Shown here: piece by piece, positions 8,553 through 16,836 of the stretch
How positions within the stretch are numbered: the first letter of the stretch is position 1
Layout: every line of letters starts with the position of its first letter
Assembly (NCBI GenBank): GCA_009787785.1
Contig: WQSR01000009.1
Span: 3,638-67,637, forward strand
DNA from: Defluviitaleaceae bacterium
GTDB taxonomy: Bacteria > Bacillota > Clostridia > Lachnospirales > WQUN01
Length of the DNA: 64,000 bases
Direction of reading: 5' to 3'
The notes under the pieces: model-generated
What the model was told of the DNA's origin: nothing
Seen by the model: only the letters and a program-made list of their open reading frames with translations
The model's database searches: none
Made by a program: the position numbers and the translations under genes

Positions 8553-9093
8553 TAAACAAATCCCTGCCTTTGTGTGTGATTATCTGCGTGTATGAAACTT
8601 CCAACACGACATCGCAATGTCGCGCCGCCAAGCGGTCAAGGGCCGCCAGTGATTTTCGGTATTCTTCTGTTAGTGATTCAAAAATATGGGCATCGCTGTA
8701 AATGTAATCTGAAACGATGACCATGTTTTGCACACGGTTTAATACTTTTTCCAATCCGGCGGCAATCCGCTCACAGGCACTTCCATCAAAATCCCCTGTG
8801 GCTGAGAACATTTCGTTTGCCAACAATGCCGTGAGGCTGTCCAGCAAAAATGAACCTTCGCAGTCATGTTTATCCAATATTTCCTCTATTTTTCGAGGTT
8901 GTTCTATGGTCGTAAAGCCCCAGCCATCCCGCTCCGCTTGGTGTTTAACAATGCGTTCCTCGTCCTCTTTATCTTTGGCAGACATGGTGGCGATGTAATA
9001 TAGCGGATGGGGAGGATTACTTTGGTCTTTCGCCATTTTCTGGGCATAAGTGGACTTTCCGTTTTTACAGCCCCCCGATATGAAAATCCGCAT
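8539..9093 (-). CDS. cobU: Adenosylcobinamide kinase / adenosylcobinamide-phosphate guanylyltransferase
   Basis: 184 aa. Walker A ISGGCKNGKS and an HQAER motif at the position of the guanylylated His region. GGAGGG RBS upstream of the ATG at 9091-9093. Ends in TAG. Confidence 0.85.
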   Translation of the reverse strand: MRIFISGGCKNGKSTYAQKMAKDQSNPPHPLYYIATMSAKDKEDEERIVKHQAERDGWGFTTIEQPRKIEEILDKHDCEGSFLLDSLTALLANEMFSATGDFDGSACERIAAGLEKVLNRVQNMVIVSDYIYSDAHIFESLTEEYRKSLAALDRLAARHCDVVLEVSYTQIITHKGRDLFNAIY

Positions 9094-10150
9094 CTTTTAT
9101 ACCCTCCACATATTCCTCGCTTATATTGCCTTGCTCAAACGTACCCATGTCGCGCATAATTGCACAAGCCGCATCCATAAGCACAAACATCAGCGGACAA
9201 CCGCTTCCTTCGCCAAGCCGCATATTAAGGTGAAGGCAGGGCTTTATATCCAAAAGCTGTGCCGCATATTTATATCCCTGCTCAAAGGAAGCGTGAGAAG
9301 CAAACATATACTCCTTAACAAGGGGATTCAGGCGCGCCGCAACCAAGGCGGCAACGATGGAAATAAATCCGTCAATTACCACAGGCACACGCATATATGC
9401 CGCGCCAATAAAAACGCCAGCCATTGCCGCAATGTCAAAGCCACCCACTTTTGCCAACACATCCACCGGGTCTGCCGGGTCGGGCTTGTTGTGTTTTAAG
9501 GCTGTTTGTATGACTGCTATTTTCCGGCGATGGGCCTCATCGTTTAATCCCGCGCCTTTGCCGGTGGCTTGTTCCGGTGTCGTGTCTGAAAGGGCGCACA
9601 AAACCGCCGACGACGTTGTTGTGTTTCCAATGCCCATTTCACCAACGCCAATTAGCTTATACCCATCATTCGCCGCTTCGATAGCGGTTTCTATACCCAC
9701 CGTTATGGCTTTTATAGCCTCGTCATGGGTCATAGCGGCTTGCTTGGCAATATTCCATGTGCCATTTCTAATCTTCTTGTTTTTAATCATAGGATGGCCG
9801 ATGTTTCCGTTCACACCTACATCTACTATAATTAAGTCTGTATTAAATTGTTTGGCGAGAACATTTACCCCGGTAATCCCCTTGGTGAAGTTCATGGTCT
9901 GCATATATGTAACGGATTGTGGCGCGAGTGAAATGCCTTCTTCTGCAACGCCATTGTCTGATGCCATGACAATCACACACCGCTTGGCGGTGTCATAGTT
10001 CATCTGCCCGCCAATGCCGGAAAGCCTTACCGCAATAGTTTCCAATTCACCCAAACTGCCGGGAGGCTTTACTAATCCATCCAGCTTGGACTGCGCCGCT
10101 TGCATCGCTTCTTTATTGATGGGGTTTATCCCGGTGACATACTTGTCCAC
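9065..10150 (-). CDS. cobT: Nicotinate-nucleotide--dimethylbenzimidazole phosphoribosyltransferase
   Basis: CobT signature KPPGSLGELE...GEMGIGNTT...GGFDIAAMAG...LGEGSG. I place the start at GTG 10148-10150, 8 nt after GGAGG. The tracked ORF start at 10207 has no RBS. Confidence 0.9.
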   Translation of the reverse strand: MDKYVTGINPINKEAMQAAQSKLDGLVKPPGSLGELETIAVRLSGIGGQMNYDTAKRCVIVMASDNGVAEEGISLAPQSVTYMQTMNFTKGITGVNVLAKQFNTDLIIVDVGVNGNIGHPMIKNKKIRNGTWNIAKQAAMTHDEAIKAITVGIETAIEAANDGYKLIGVGEMGIGNTTTSSAVLCALSDTTPEQATGKGAGLNDEAHRRKIAVIQTALKHNKPDPADPVDVLAKVGGFDIAAMAGVFIGAAYMRVPVVIDGFISIVAALVAARLNPLVKEYMFASHASFEQGYKYAAQLLDIKPCLHLNMRLGEGSGCPLMFVLMDAACAIMRDMGTFEQGNISEEYVEGIKDADFHIGGL

Positions 10151-10261
10151 TATAATTCCTCCACGCTTCGCGGTGCTAAACGTGTGCCACCGGCACACAG
10201 CACCCAATCAAAAATCCCGACCCAACGCGAACCACATCGCAATGAACCGGGATTGTATATT

Positions 10262-10560
10262 GTAAGAAAAAGGAACGATGGCAAAACCATCGCTGGGCAC
10301 ACCCACAATATCCATACCGCCCCATTCTCTGTGGAGTCGCTATAGCAACGGCAATGAGCCGTCAAAATGGGGCAGGTCTCCCGACTTAGACATTATCGCT
10401 TCAGCTTCGCCTTCTCAGATATAAAAATATCCAATGGCTGTTCGGGGCAACCGAACGAGAAACTTTGCTAGTCAATACGGTAGCAGGACTGCTCAGGATT
10501 CCAACCTGATTCCCTATTATCGCGTACCCTCCACAGCTTCATACGAGCCGCAGACTACGC
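10262..10560 (-). promoter_or_regulatory. Cobalamin (B12) riboswitch with intrinsic-terminator expression platform
   Basis: The minus strand reads AGGGAAUCAGGUUGGAAUCCUGAGCAGUCCUGCUACCGUA (conserved aptamer core). A B12 box AGUCGGGAGACCUGCC lies at about 10371-10386. The terminator is CGAUGG-UUUUG-CCAUCG followed by UUCCUUUUUCUU (10262-10292). All of this is upstream of cobT. Confidence 0.88.
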
Positions 10561-10567
10561 GCACCAC

Positions 10568-10595
10568 ATTCTATAAATATTCAATTTTTTGGCAA
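10568..10595 (-). promoter_or_regulatory. Putative sigma-A promoter of the riboswitch-cob operon
   Basis: Minus strand TTGCCA - 16 nt - TAGAAT, just upstream of the aptamer. Motif match only. Confidence 0.35.
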
Positions 10596-10671
10596 TTCCA
10601 ATGCCGTGACTTCGCCGTCACAGCAATTCTCATCATATTATACACATGGCCGCTTGTCAAACATCGAAGTA

Positions 10672-10729
10672 TAAAAACACCCTCCCCAAGGCAAGCTAAG
10701 CATTATTTCCTTTGGGAAGGGTGTTTTTT
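10672..10729. terminator. Hairpin flanked by an A-run and a T-run (bidirectional terminator-like)
   Basis: AAAAA-CACCCTCCCCAAGG-(17 nt)-CCTTTGGGAAGGGTG-TTTTTT. The stem is imperfect. The 3' arm also carries the possible RBS of the ORF at 10730. Confidence 0.45.
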
Positions 10730-11002
10730 ATGGAACAAAGCAGAATTGATAAAATGACCGCAGTGGCTAAAAGGCTGACCGATATCAATATCGGGGACTG
10801 TACCGGCGGTTGCAACGAGGTCAGGCTCGCCGCAGAAGCGTGGTTGCGTGCCGTGGAAGACGGGGTAGGGGAGGAGGAAGCGGGCACGCGTCTGCACATT
10901 GCCGCCAAGTCAACCTTGGCCAAGGATGATGCCTGTGGGCACCACCAGCGCGACGATTTGCTGAGTTATGTCGCTGTGCATGAGGAAGTGCTGGAAAGCT
11001 AA
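10730..11002 (+). CDS. Hypothetical small acidic protein (90 aa)
   Basis: ATG at 10730. The protein (MEQSRIDKMTAVAKRL...) looks like a real, helical sequence, and third-position GC is like neighbouring genes. It converges on rpmB with only 4 nt between the stops. No family recognised. Confidence 0.4.
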   Translation: MEQSRIDKMTAVAKRLTDINIGDCTGGCNEVRLAAEAWLRAVEDGVGEEEAGTRLHIAAKSTLAKDDACGHHQRDDLLSYVAVHEEVLES

Positions 11003-11006
11003 TTGC

Positions 11007-11210
11007 CTACACCGCGCGGGTCACTTTCTTAGAGCGAAGGCAACGGGTGCAGACTTTGGCACGGCGTACCGCGCCGTTTTTTTCCACTATCTGCACTTTT
11101 TTCACATTGGAACGCCAAATCTTGTTGGCGCGGCGGGAAACCTGACTGCGGGTAATGCTAACCCGGTGCCCGGTTTGGATGCCTTTATCGCATACTTCAC
11201 ATTTTGCCAT
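11007..11210 (-). CDS. rpmB: 50S ribosomal protein L28
   Basis: 67 aa, MAKCEVCDKG...VCTRCLRSKKV, typical of Firmicute L28. The GGAGG RBS overlaps the rplA stop. Confidence 0.92.
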   Translation of the reverse strand: MAKCEVCDKGIQTGHRVSITRSQVSRRANKIWRSNVKKVQIVEKNGAVRRAKVCTRCLRSKKVTRAV

Positions 11211-11221
11211 GGTTGTGCCTC

Positions 11222-11917
11222 CTAGTCGTTCACGCGGAGCGGGTTGACCTTCACACCCGGGCCCATGGTGGAGGCCAGCGTGATACTTTTTAAATACGTT
11301 CCCTTGGCGGCGGAAGGCTTGGCCTTGATGACCGCGCTCATGAGGGTCTGGAAGTTGTCGGTGAGTTTTTCCGTGCCGAAGCTTACCTTGCCCAGGGGAA
11401 CGTGGATGATATTGGTGCGGTCCAGGCGGTACTCGATTTTACCCGCCTTGATGTCGGCGATGGCTTTGCCCACGTCGGCGGTAACGGTTCCGGCCTTGGG
11501 GTTGGGCATCAGGCCCTTGGGCCCCAGGACGCGGCCCAAACGGCCCACCACGCCCATCATATCCGGGGTGGCTACCACGGCGTCAAACTCAAACCAGTTG
11601 TCGTTTTGAATCTTCGACACCATATCTTCCGCGCCTACATAATCGGCCCCGGCGGCTTCCGCTTCCACGGCCTTGTCCGCCTTGGCGAATACGAGCACAC
11701 GCAAGGTGCGGCCCGTTCCGTGCGGGAGAACTACCGCGCCGCGCACCTGCTGGTCGGCGTGGCGGGAGTCTACGCCCAAACGGATATGGGCTTCCACCGT
11801 GGCGTCAAATTTACTTGTGCTGGTCTTTTGTACTAAATCAATGGCCTCGTTTACGTCGTAGAGCTTCATTTTATCCACCAGCTTGGCGGCCTCGATATAC
11901 TTTTTCCCTTTTTTCAT
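11222..11917 (-). CDS. rplA: 50S ribosomal protein L1
   Basis: 231 aa, MKKGKKY...[14 protein letters not shown]...VVLPHGTG, unmistakably L1. Confidence 0.97.
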   Translation of the reverse strand: MKKGKKYIEAAKLVDKMKLYDVNEAIDLVQKTSTSKFDATVEAHIRLGVDSRHADQQVRGAVVLPHGTGRTLRVLVFAKADKAVEAEAAGADYVGAEDMVSKIQNDNWFEFDAVVATPDMMGVVGRLGRVLGPKGLMPNPKAGTVTADVGKAIADIKAGKIEYRLDRTNIIHVPLGKVSFGTEKLTDNFQTLMSAVIKAKPSAAKGTYLKSITLASTMGPGVKVNPLRVND

Positions 11918-11929
11918 CTGTCAGCCCTC

Positions 11930-12358
11930 CTATTCCTGCACGACAATGCCCATGCTTCGGGCGGTGCCGGCTACCATGCGCATGGCCGATTCCACGTCGC
12001 TTGCGTTGAGGTCGGGCATTTTCAACTCTGCGATTTTGCGCACTTCGTCTTTGGAAATGGTTGCGACTTTGGCGTTGCGGTTGGCCTCGCCGGAGGCTTT
12101 TTCAATGCCGCAGGCTTTCTTGAGCAGTACCGCCGCCGGGGGGGTCTTCGTAATGAAGCTGTAGCTTCTGTCGGCATATACCGTGATGACCACGGGGATA
12201 ATCATGCCGGCTTGGGACTGGGTGCGCTCGTTAAATTCCTTGCAAAAGTTCGGAATCGCCAAGCCGTGCTGACCCAGCGCGGGCCCCACGGGGGGGGCGG
12301 GGGTTGCTTTTCCCGCTTGGATTTGCAATTTGACCAAAGCGGTGACTTTCTTTGCCAT
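11930..12358 (-). CDS. rplK: 50S ribosomal protein L11
   Basis: Start moved to the ATG at 12356-12358 (GGAGG 7 nt upstream). The product [32 protein letters not shown] is the canonical L11 N-terminus. Confidence 0.96.
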   Translation of the reverse strand: MAKKVTALVKLQIQAGKATPAPPVGPALGQHGLAIPNFCKEFNERTQSQAGMIIPVVITVYADRSYSFITKTPPAAVLLKKACGIEKASGEANRNAKVATISKDEVRKIAELKMPDLNASDVESAMRMVAGTARSMGIVVQE

Positions 12359-12464
12359 TCGGTTTCCTCCTTGTGGTGCCCTGGCGGGCGGCAAACGCGC
12401 TTCGCGCTGGCCTTGCCAGGCTTTCGGGTATTTACCCTCCCACTGAATATCTCAAAACCGCGTT

Positions 12465-13043
12465 TTACATGCGTTGCAAAACGTGGTAATCGAGTTCTAC
12501 TTGGGTTTCGCGGCCAAAGACGCTGAGGGCAATGGTGACGGTCTTCTTCTGGTGGTTGACCTCGCGCACATTGCCGATGGAGCCTTCGAAGGGGCCCGCG
12601 ATGATGCGTACGGTTTCGTCTACGTTCAAGTCCAGCTCGAAGTCGGGGACTTCTACGCCCATGGCGATGATTTCCTCATCGGTGAGGGGTACGGGCTTGC
12701 TGGCCGGCCCCACAAAGCTGGTGACGCCCCGGGTGTTGCGGATGACATACCAGGTGTCCTCGTTCATGACCATTTTCAGCAAGACGTAGCCGGGGTAGAT
12801 TTTACGCTGGACGATTTTTTTCTGGCCGTTCTTGATTTCCAGCGTGTCCTGCACGGGAACCACGGCCTGGATGATGACATCGTGCATCCCACGGGTGTCC
12901 ACGATTTTTTCGATATTCGCCTTGACCTTGTTCTCATAGCCGGAATAGGTGTGCACCACATACCACTTCGCGTCGGGGTGGATGGTGTCAACCATGGTTT
13001 CGGGCATGACTTCCAGGGTGGCTTGATTAATGGTATCCGTCAT
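12465..13043 (-). CDS. nusG: Transcription termination/antitermination factor NusG
   Basis: 192 aa with NGN and KOW domains (KWYVVHTYSGYENKV...GPFEGSIGNVREV). Classical secE-nusG-rplK context. Confidence 0.96.
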   Translation of the reverse strand: MTDTINQATLEVMPETMVDTIHPDAKWYVVHTYSGYENKVKANIEKIVDTRGMHDVIIQAVVPVQDTLEIKNGQKKIVQRKIYPGYVLLKMVMNEDTWYVIRNTRGVTSFVGPASKPVPLTDEEIIAMGVEVPDFELDLNVDETVRIIAGPFEGSIGNVREVNHQKKTVTIALSVFGRETQVELDYHVLQRM

Positions 13044-13051
13044 GGCCGCAC

Positions 13052-13285
13052 CTACACAACCAGCCCGATAAACTGGCGCAAGCCAAAGCTGAATATGCCG
13101 TCCAAAAGGGCGATGTACGCGCCGAAGAGCAAAGAAACGGCGATAACCGTCACGGTATGCTTGAACAGGATTGGCTTGGAGGGCCAGACAATGCGGCGAA
13201 ATTCGGTGCGGTACTCATTGACGATGCTTTTGACGGGGTCGGGACTGTGGTCGGCTTCTTTTTTGGACTTTTTATTTTCTTCCAT
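13052..13285 (-). CDS. secE: Preprotein translocase subunit SecE
   Basis: 77 aa with a single C-terminal TM and an E..KV.WP-like motif (EFRRIVWPSK). GGAGGG RBS. Confidence 0.9.
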   Translation of the reverse strand: MEENKKSKKEADHSPDPVKSIVNEYRTEFRRIVWPSKPILFKHTVTVIAVSLLFGAYIALLDGIFSFGLRQFIGLVV

Positions 13286-13299
13286 TATAATGCCCTCCC

Positions 13300-13449
13300 T
13301 TATCTCGTTTCACGGTGCTCGGTGTGGGCGTTGCAAAAACGGCAGAACTTTTTAACCTCCATGCGGTCGGGGTGCTTTTTTTTGTCCTTGGTGGTGCTGT
13401 AATTGCGCTGTTTGCACGGCACACAGGCCAGGGTAATCTTGGTGCGCAT
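13300..13449 (-). CDS. rpmG: 50S ribosomal protein L33
   Basis: Absent from the ORF track (under 60 aa). Manual translation gives [49 protein letters not shown], 49 aa, ending in TAA. Confidence 0.9.
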   Translation of the reverse strand: MRTKITLACVPCKQRNYSTTKDKKKHPDRMEVKKFCRFCNAHTEHRETR

Positions 13450-13539
13450 AGGTATCCCTCACTCTCATTATTTCATTGGCGCGGTACAAAATAAGCCGCA
13501 GACGGCACTAAAAAAGCGCGTCCGCGCTTTGTTTCGCGG

Positions 13540-13569
13540 AGAATACCACAGTTGCAATGAAATTGTCAA
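13540..13569 (-). promoter_or_regulatory. Putative promoter of rpmG-secE-nusG
   Basis: Minus strand TTGACA - 18 nt - TATTCT. Motif match only. Confidence 0.3.
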
Positions 13570-13625
13570 GAATGTAGTATAAGCGAGATACAGTTGAAAC
13601 ATTTTACCCCGAAGGGACGATATCC

Positions 13626-15041
13626 ATGTCAGCCAAGGCCGCGAGCGTAACCGTAAAACGTCTGCAATCCCCGCACCAGTCCGAATCCTTCACGCAGTAC
13701 AAGCCCCTTTCTTCCACGATGAAAGATGAAATTTTTTCCGCCGTAGCCGAAATATTCGAGGCCGCAGGGGGCAAAGCCCTGCTGAAGTCCAGCGGTGATG
13801 TGTACATCAAGCCCAACGCCATCGACTCGAAGCCCTACAGCCACACCCGGGTAGAGCTGGTGGAGGCCGTGATTCATTACTGGCGGAGCAAGGGCGCGAA
13901 CCGGATTTTCCTCTTCGAGAATTGCACCCAGAGCAATTTCACCCGTATGGTGTTCGCGCTGACGGGCTATAGCGATGTGTGCAAAAAATACGGCGTGAGG
14001 GAGGTATACCTCGACGAGGAAGAAAATACGCAATTCACTTTCCGGGGCAAAAGGCCGGAAGCTTCGGAAGAGGGGGGCTATGCAGAAACCACCTTCCGCA
14101 TCCCCAAATTTGTGACGGAAAATCTTATTGACCGTGCAGACGAAAATTTATATATCAATTTACCCAAGCTGAAAACCCACTCCATGGCCGGGGTCACGCT
14201 GGGGGTGAAGAACCAATGGGCCTTCCCCCAGCCCGCCGACCGCCGCGCCGACCACAATTATAATCTGGCCAGCAAGCTTGCGGATATGCTGGATTTTATC
14301 CGGCCGGACTTCACCCTCATCGAAGGGGTGGAGGCTACCATCCACGGGCATTATCCGGTGACGGCCTTTGCGGACAAGTGCGTGTTGCCCTTCAAGGTGC
14401 TCATCGGAAGCACCCATGTCCTTGCCGCCGACCTAGTGGGTGCCAAGCTTTTCGGCCTGACCCCGGAAAAGGACGCCCACCATTTGCAAATCGCGGTGGA
14501 GCGCGGCCATGGCATGGGCGTGAAAAGCCTTGACGATGTCGCAATCATCGGTGATATTGCGGATTTCGACAAGAGCTATGGCTGGGATTTGTACCCCAAA
14601 TACCCACAGGACGTAACAATCATCAAGGGCACCGAGCGGACCTGCCGGGAGGGTTGCCAAAACAATCCCCTGACATTGTTGCAATGCCTTGCCTATGACT
14701 ACCACGGCAAGGGCGGCTTTACGATTCTGATGGGGAAGGGCCACACCCCGGAGTGTATCGACGCCATCCAGGGCCGGGTGCTTGTGGTGGGCAAATGCGC
14801 TATAAAAGAAGCGGGGGACAAGCTTGTGGCGCGGCTGGGCAGGAAAAATGTGTATTTCAGCGGCTATTGCAACGACCTCTGCGCCACCACTAACGCCCTG
14901 TGCCACCTGATGAAGGTGAATCCCCTGGTGATGGCCCCCATGCCCTTTTTACGCTCTATCAAACTGCTCTTTATCGCAAAGAAAAACGGCACCCAAGCGC
15001 GGATACCCTTCTTCTTTGCCCATATCTTCAAGGTAGTGTAA
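13626..15041 (+). CDS. DUF362 domain-containing protein
   Basis: 471 aa. The core (VYIKPN...LPKLKTHSMAGVTLGVKN) recalls the DUF362 family. The start could also be the Met at codon 32. Confidence 0.6.
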   Translation: MSAKAASVTVKRLQSPHQSESFTQYKPLSSTMKDEIFSAVAEIFEAAGGKALLKSSGDVYIKPNAIDSKPYSHTRVELVEAVIHYWRSKGANRIFLFENCTQSNFTRMVFALTGYSDVCKKYGVREVYLDEEENTQFTFRGKRPEASEEGGYAETTFRIPKFVTENLIDRADENLYINLPKLKTHSMAGVTLGVKNQWAFPQPADRRADHNYNLASKLADMLDFIRPDFTLIEGVEATIHGHYPVTAFADKCVLPFKVLIGSTHVLAADLVGAKLFGLTPEKDAHHLQIAVERGHGMGVKSLDDVAIIGDIADFDKSYGWDLYPKYPQDVTIIKGTERTCREGCQNNPLTLLQCLAYDYHGKGGFTILMGKGHTPECIDAIQGRVLVVGKCAIKEAGDKLVARLGRKNVYFSGYCNDLCATTNALCHLMKVNPLVMAPMPFLRSIKLLFIAKKNGTQARIPFFFAHIFKVV

Positions 15042-15163
15042 AATATTTTTCGCCCACAGCCGAATAAACTTGCGCTTTCACGCACTATGTAGTATACTTC
15101 CGAAAAACATCCCCCAAATTTATACATATCTTTATTTGCCTTGCGATAAAAATGAGGTGGAAA

Positions 15164-16390
15164 ATGAAAGTCCGTAAAACCTATCTTTCTCATCTCCTTG
15201 CCTTCAAGGACAAGGAACAAGTCAAATTAATCACCGGGGTCAGGCGGTGCGGCAAGTCTACTTTGCTTGCGCAGTTCAAGCGCAACCTGACGGACAGCGG
15301 CATCCCCAAGGACCGGGTAATATACCTGGGCTTTGAATCTGCGGAGCACAAGCATTTGAAAAACGGCGAAGCCTTGTATGAGTATATCCGCTCGCACACA
15401 AGCGACACGGAGAAAAAATATGTTTTGCTTGACGAGATTCAGTGGGTCTCCGACTGGGAGCGGCACATCAATAATTTACGGATTGAATGCAACGCGGATA
15501 TCTACCTCACCACTTCCGGCATTGAATTGCCCGCCTCCCACCGGGCTTTTCTGGGCGGCCAGTTCGTGCGGATAAAAATGTTTCCCCTGTCCTTCAAGGA
15601 ATATGTACTGTTCAACCCCATAGACAACGAAAACGGCCCCATCACCTATGACGAGCTGGTGGAGATGAAATTCCGGGACGAGTATGTGAAATATGGCGCG
15701 ATGCCCGCCATTTCCGGGATGGAAATGCCCGAGACGGTGATAAACGCGGCTTTGCTGGACATGTTTGACGCGGCCATGGCCCGGGATGTCATCGAGCGCA
15801 ACACCGTGCGCGACGCCGCCTTGCTCCGCAGTGTGGCCCAGTATCTGGCGGAAAACATTGGAAGCAATTTTTCGTCGAAAAAAATCAGCGACCATTTATC
15901 CGCCGGCGGCAAGAAGACCACAAGCGAAACCATAGATAACTATTTGAACATATTGGAGGACGCATTCCTTTTTTATGGCGTGAAGCGGTACGACATAAAA
16001 AATAAACAGCATCTGAAGACCCTGGGCAAATACTACATTGCGGACACGGGCATGTGCGGTGCCTTGCTGGGCCACGCCAATATCAAATTTAAAACCATGC
16101 TGGAGAATGTGATTTACTTCGAGCTGGTGCGCAAGAGCGACCGGGTATACCTGGGCAAGCAAAACAATTACGAAATCGACTTTATGACCGATTCCTATAC
16201 CGACCGGAAATACTATCAAATCGCCGCCGATATCCCCGACGAGGCAAGCCTGAAAAAAGCGTTGAAGCCCCTGGAGGCCATCAACGACAACTACGAGAAA
16301 ATGATTCTGACCATGAACAGGGGCCTTCCCCCCTCTGTGAACGGCATTAAAATTATGAATATTATTGACTTTTTGTTGCATCACCGGTAG
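15164..16390 (+). CDS. AAA-family ATPase with DUF4143 domain (COG1373-type)
   Basis: The ATG at 15164 follows AGGTGG. Walker A is GVRRCGKST and Walker B is LLDEIQ. The C-terminal region is typical of DUF4143 ATPases. Confidence 0.8.
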   Translation: MKVRKTYLSHLLAFKDKEQVKLITGVRRCGKSTLLAQFKRNLTDSGIPKDRVIYLGFESAEHKHLKNGEALYEYIRSHTSDTEKKYVLLDEIQWVSDWERHINNLRIECNADIYLTTSGIELPASHRAFLGGQFVRIKMFPLSFKEYVLFNPIDNENGPITYDELVEMKFRDEYVKYGAMPAISGMEMPETVINAALLDMFDAAMARDVIERNTVRDAALLRSVAQYLAENIGSNFSSKKISDHLSAGGKKTTSETIDNYLNILEDAFLFYGVKRYDIKNKQHLKTLGKYYIADTGMCGALLGHANIKFKTMLENVIYFELVRKSDRVYLGKQNNYEIDFMTDSYTDRKYYQIAADIPDEASLKKALKPLEAINDNYEKMILTMNRGLPPSVNGIKIMNIIDFLLHHR

Positions 16391-16760
16391 GGGGCACCCA
16401 TTTTTCAAAATGGGCCTTGATGCAGGTATAGCTTTCCTCGCTAATGGCGTGTTCAATTTTACAGGCATCCTCGTATGCCTGTTTTTCATTTACCCCAAGG
16501 GCGATAAGCACCTGGGAAAGGAGTACGTGCCGCTGGTGGATGCGCTGGGCGATTTCCGCGCCTTTTTCCGTAAGGGTGATGTACCGCTCGTCTTCGATGG
16601 TGATGTAGCCGTTGTCCTTGAATTTCTTCACGATGATGCTTATGGTGGGCTTGGCGTAATTCATGTGGGCCACCAAATCCTTTGACCGTACCTTGCCGAG
16701 TTTCTGTGAAAGTATCCAGATGGCTTCGAGATAATCTTCTGCGGATGCTTGGATTTTCAT
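16362..16760 (-). CDS. DtxR/MntR-family metal-dependent transcriptional repressor
   Basis: Start set at the ATG at 16758-16760, 7 nt after GGGAGG. The product MKIQASAEDYLEAIWIL...YITLTEKG...RHVLL has the classic DtxR N-terminal HTH plus dimerisation domain. The 3' end overlaps the convergent ATPase gene by 29 nt. Confidence 0.85.
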   Translation of the reverse strand: MKIQASAEDYLEAIWILSQKLGKVRSKDLVAHMNYAKPTISIIVKKFKDNGYITIEDERYITLTEKGAEIAQRIHQRHVLLSQVLIALGVNEKQAYEDACKIEHAISEESYTCIKAHFEKWVPPTGDATKSQ

Positions 16761-16836
16761 GTGCATTCCTCCCAACCCGTCTTGCGTATTGTGTTTTCTC
16801 ATTATACAATATTCACAAAAAAAAGGAGAGGTTTTC

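Noticed and set aside
10636-10660. Perfect TTGACA and TATAAT hexamers on the minus strand upstream of the riboswitch
   Set aside because: The spacer is only 12 nt, incompatible with sigma-70-type recognition. The TTGCCA-16-TAGAAT pair closer to the aptamer is the better candidate.
12474-13355. 293-aa plus-strand ORF
   Set aside because: It lies entirely antisense to nusG, secE and rpmG, which are unmistakable. The product is low-complexity (G/D/H/V-rich), typical of shadow ORFs in GC-rich coding DNA.
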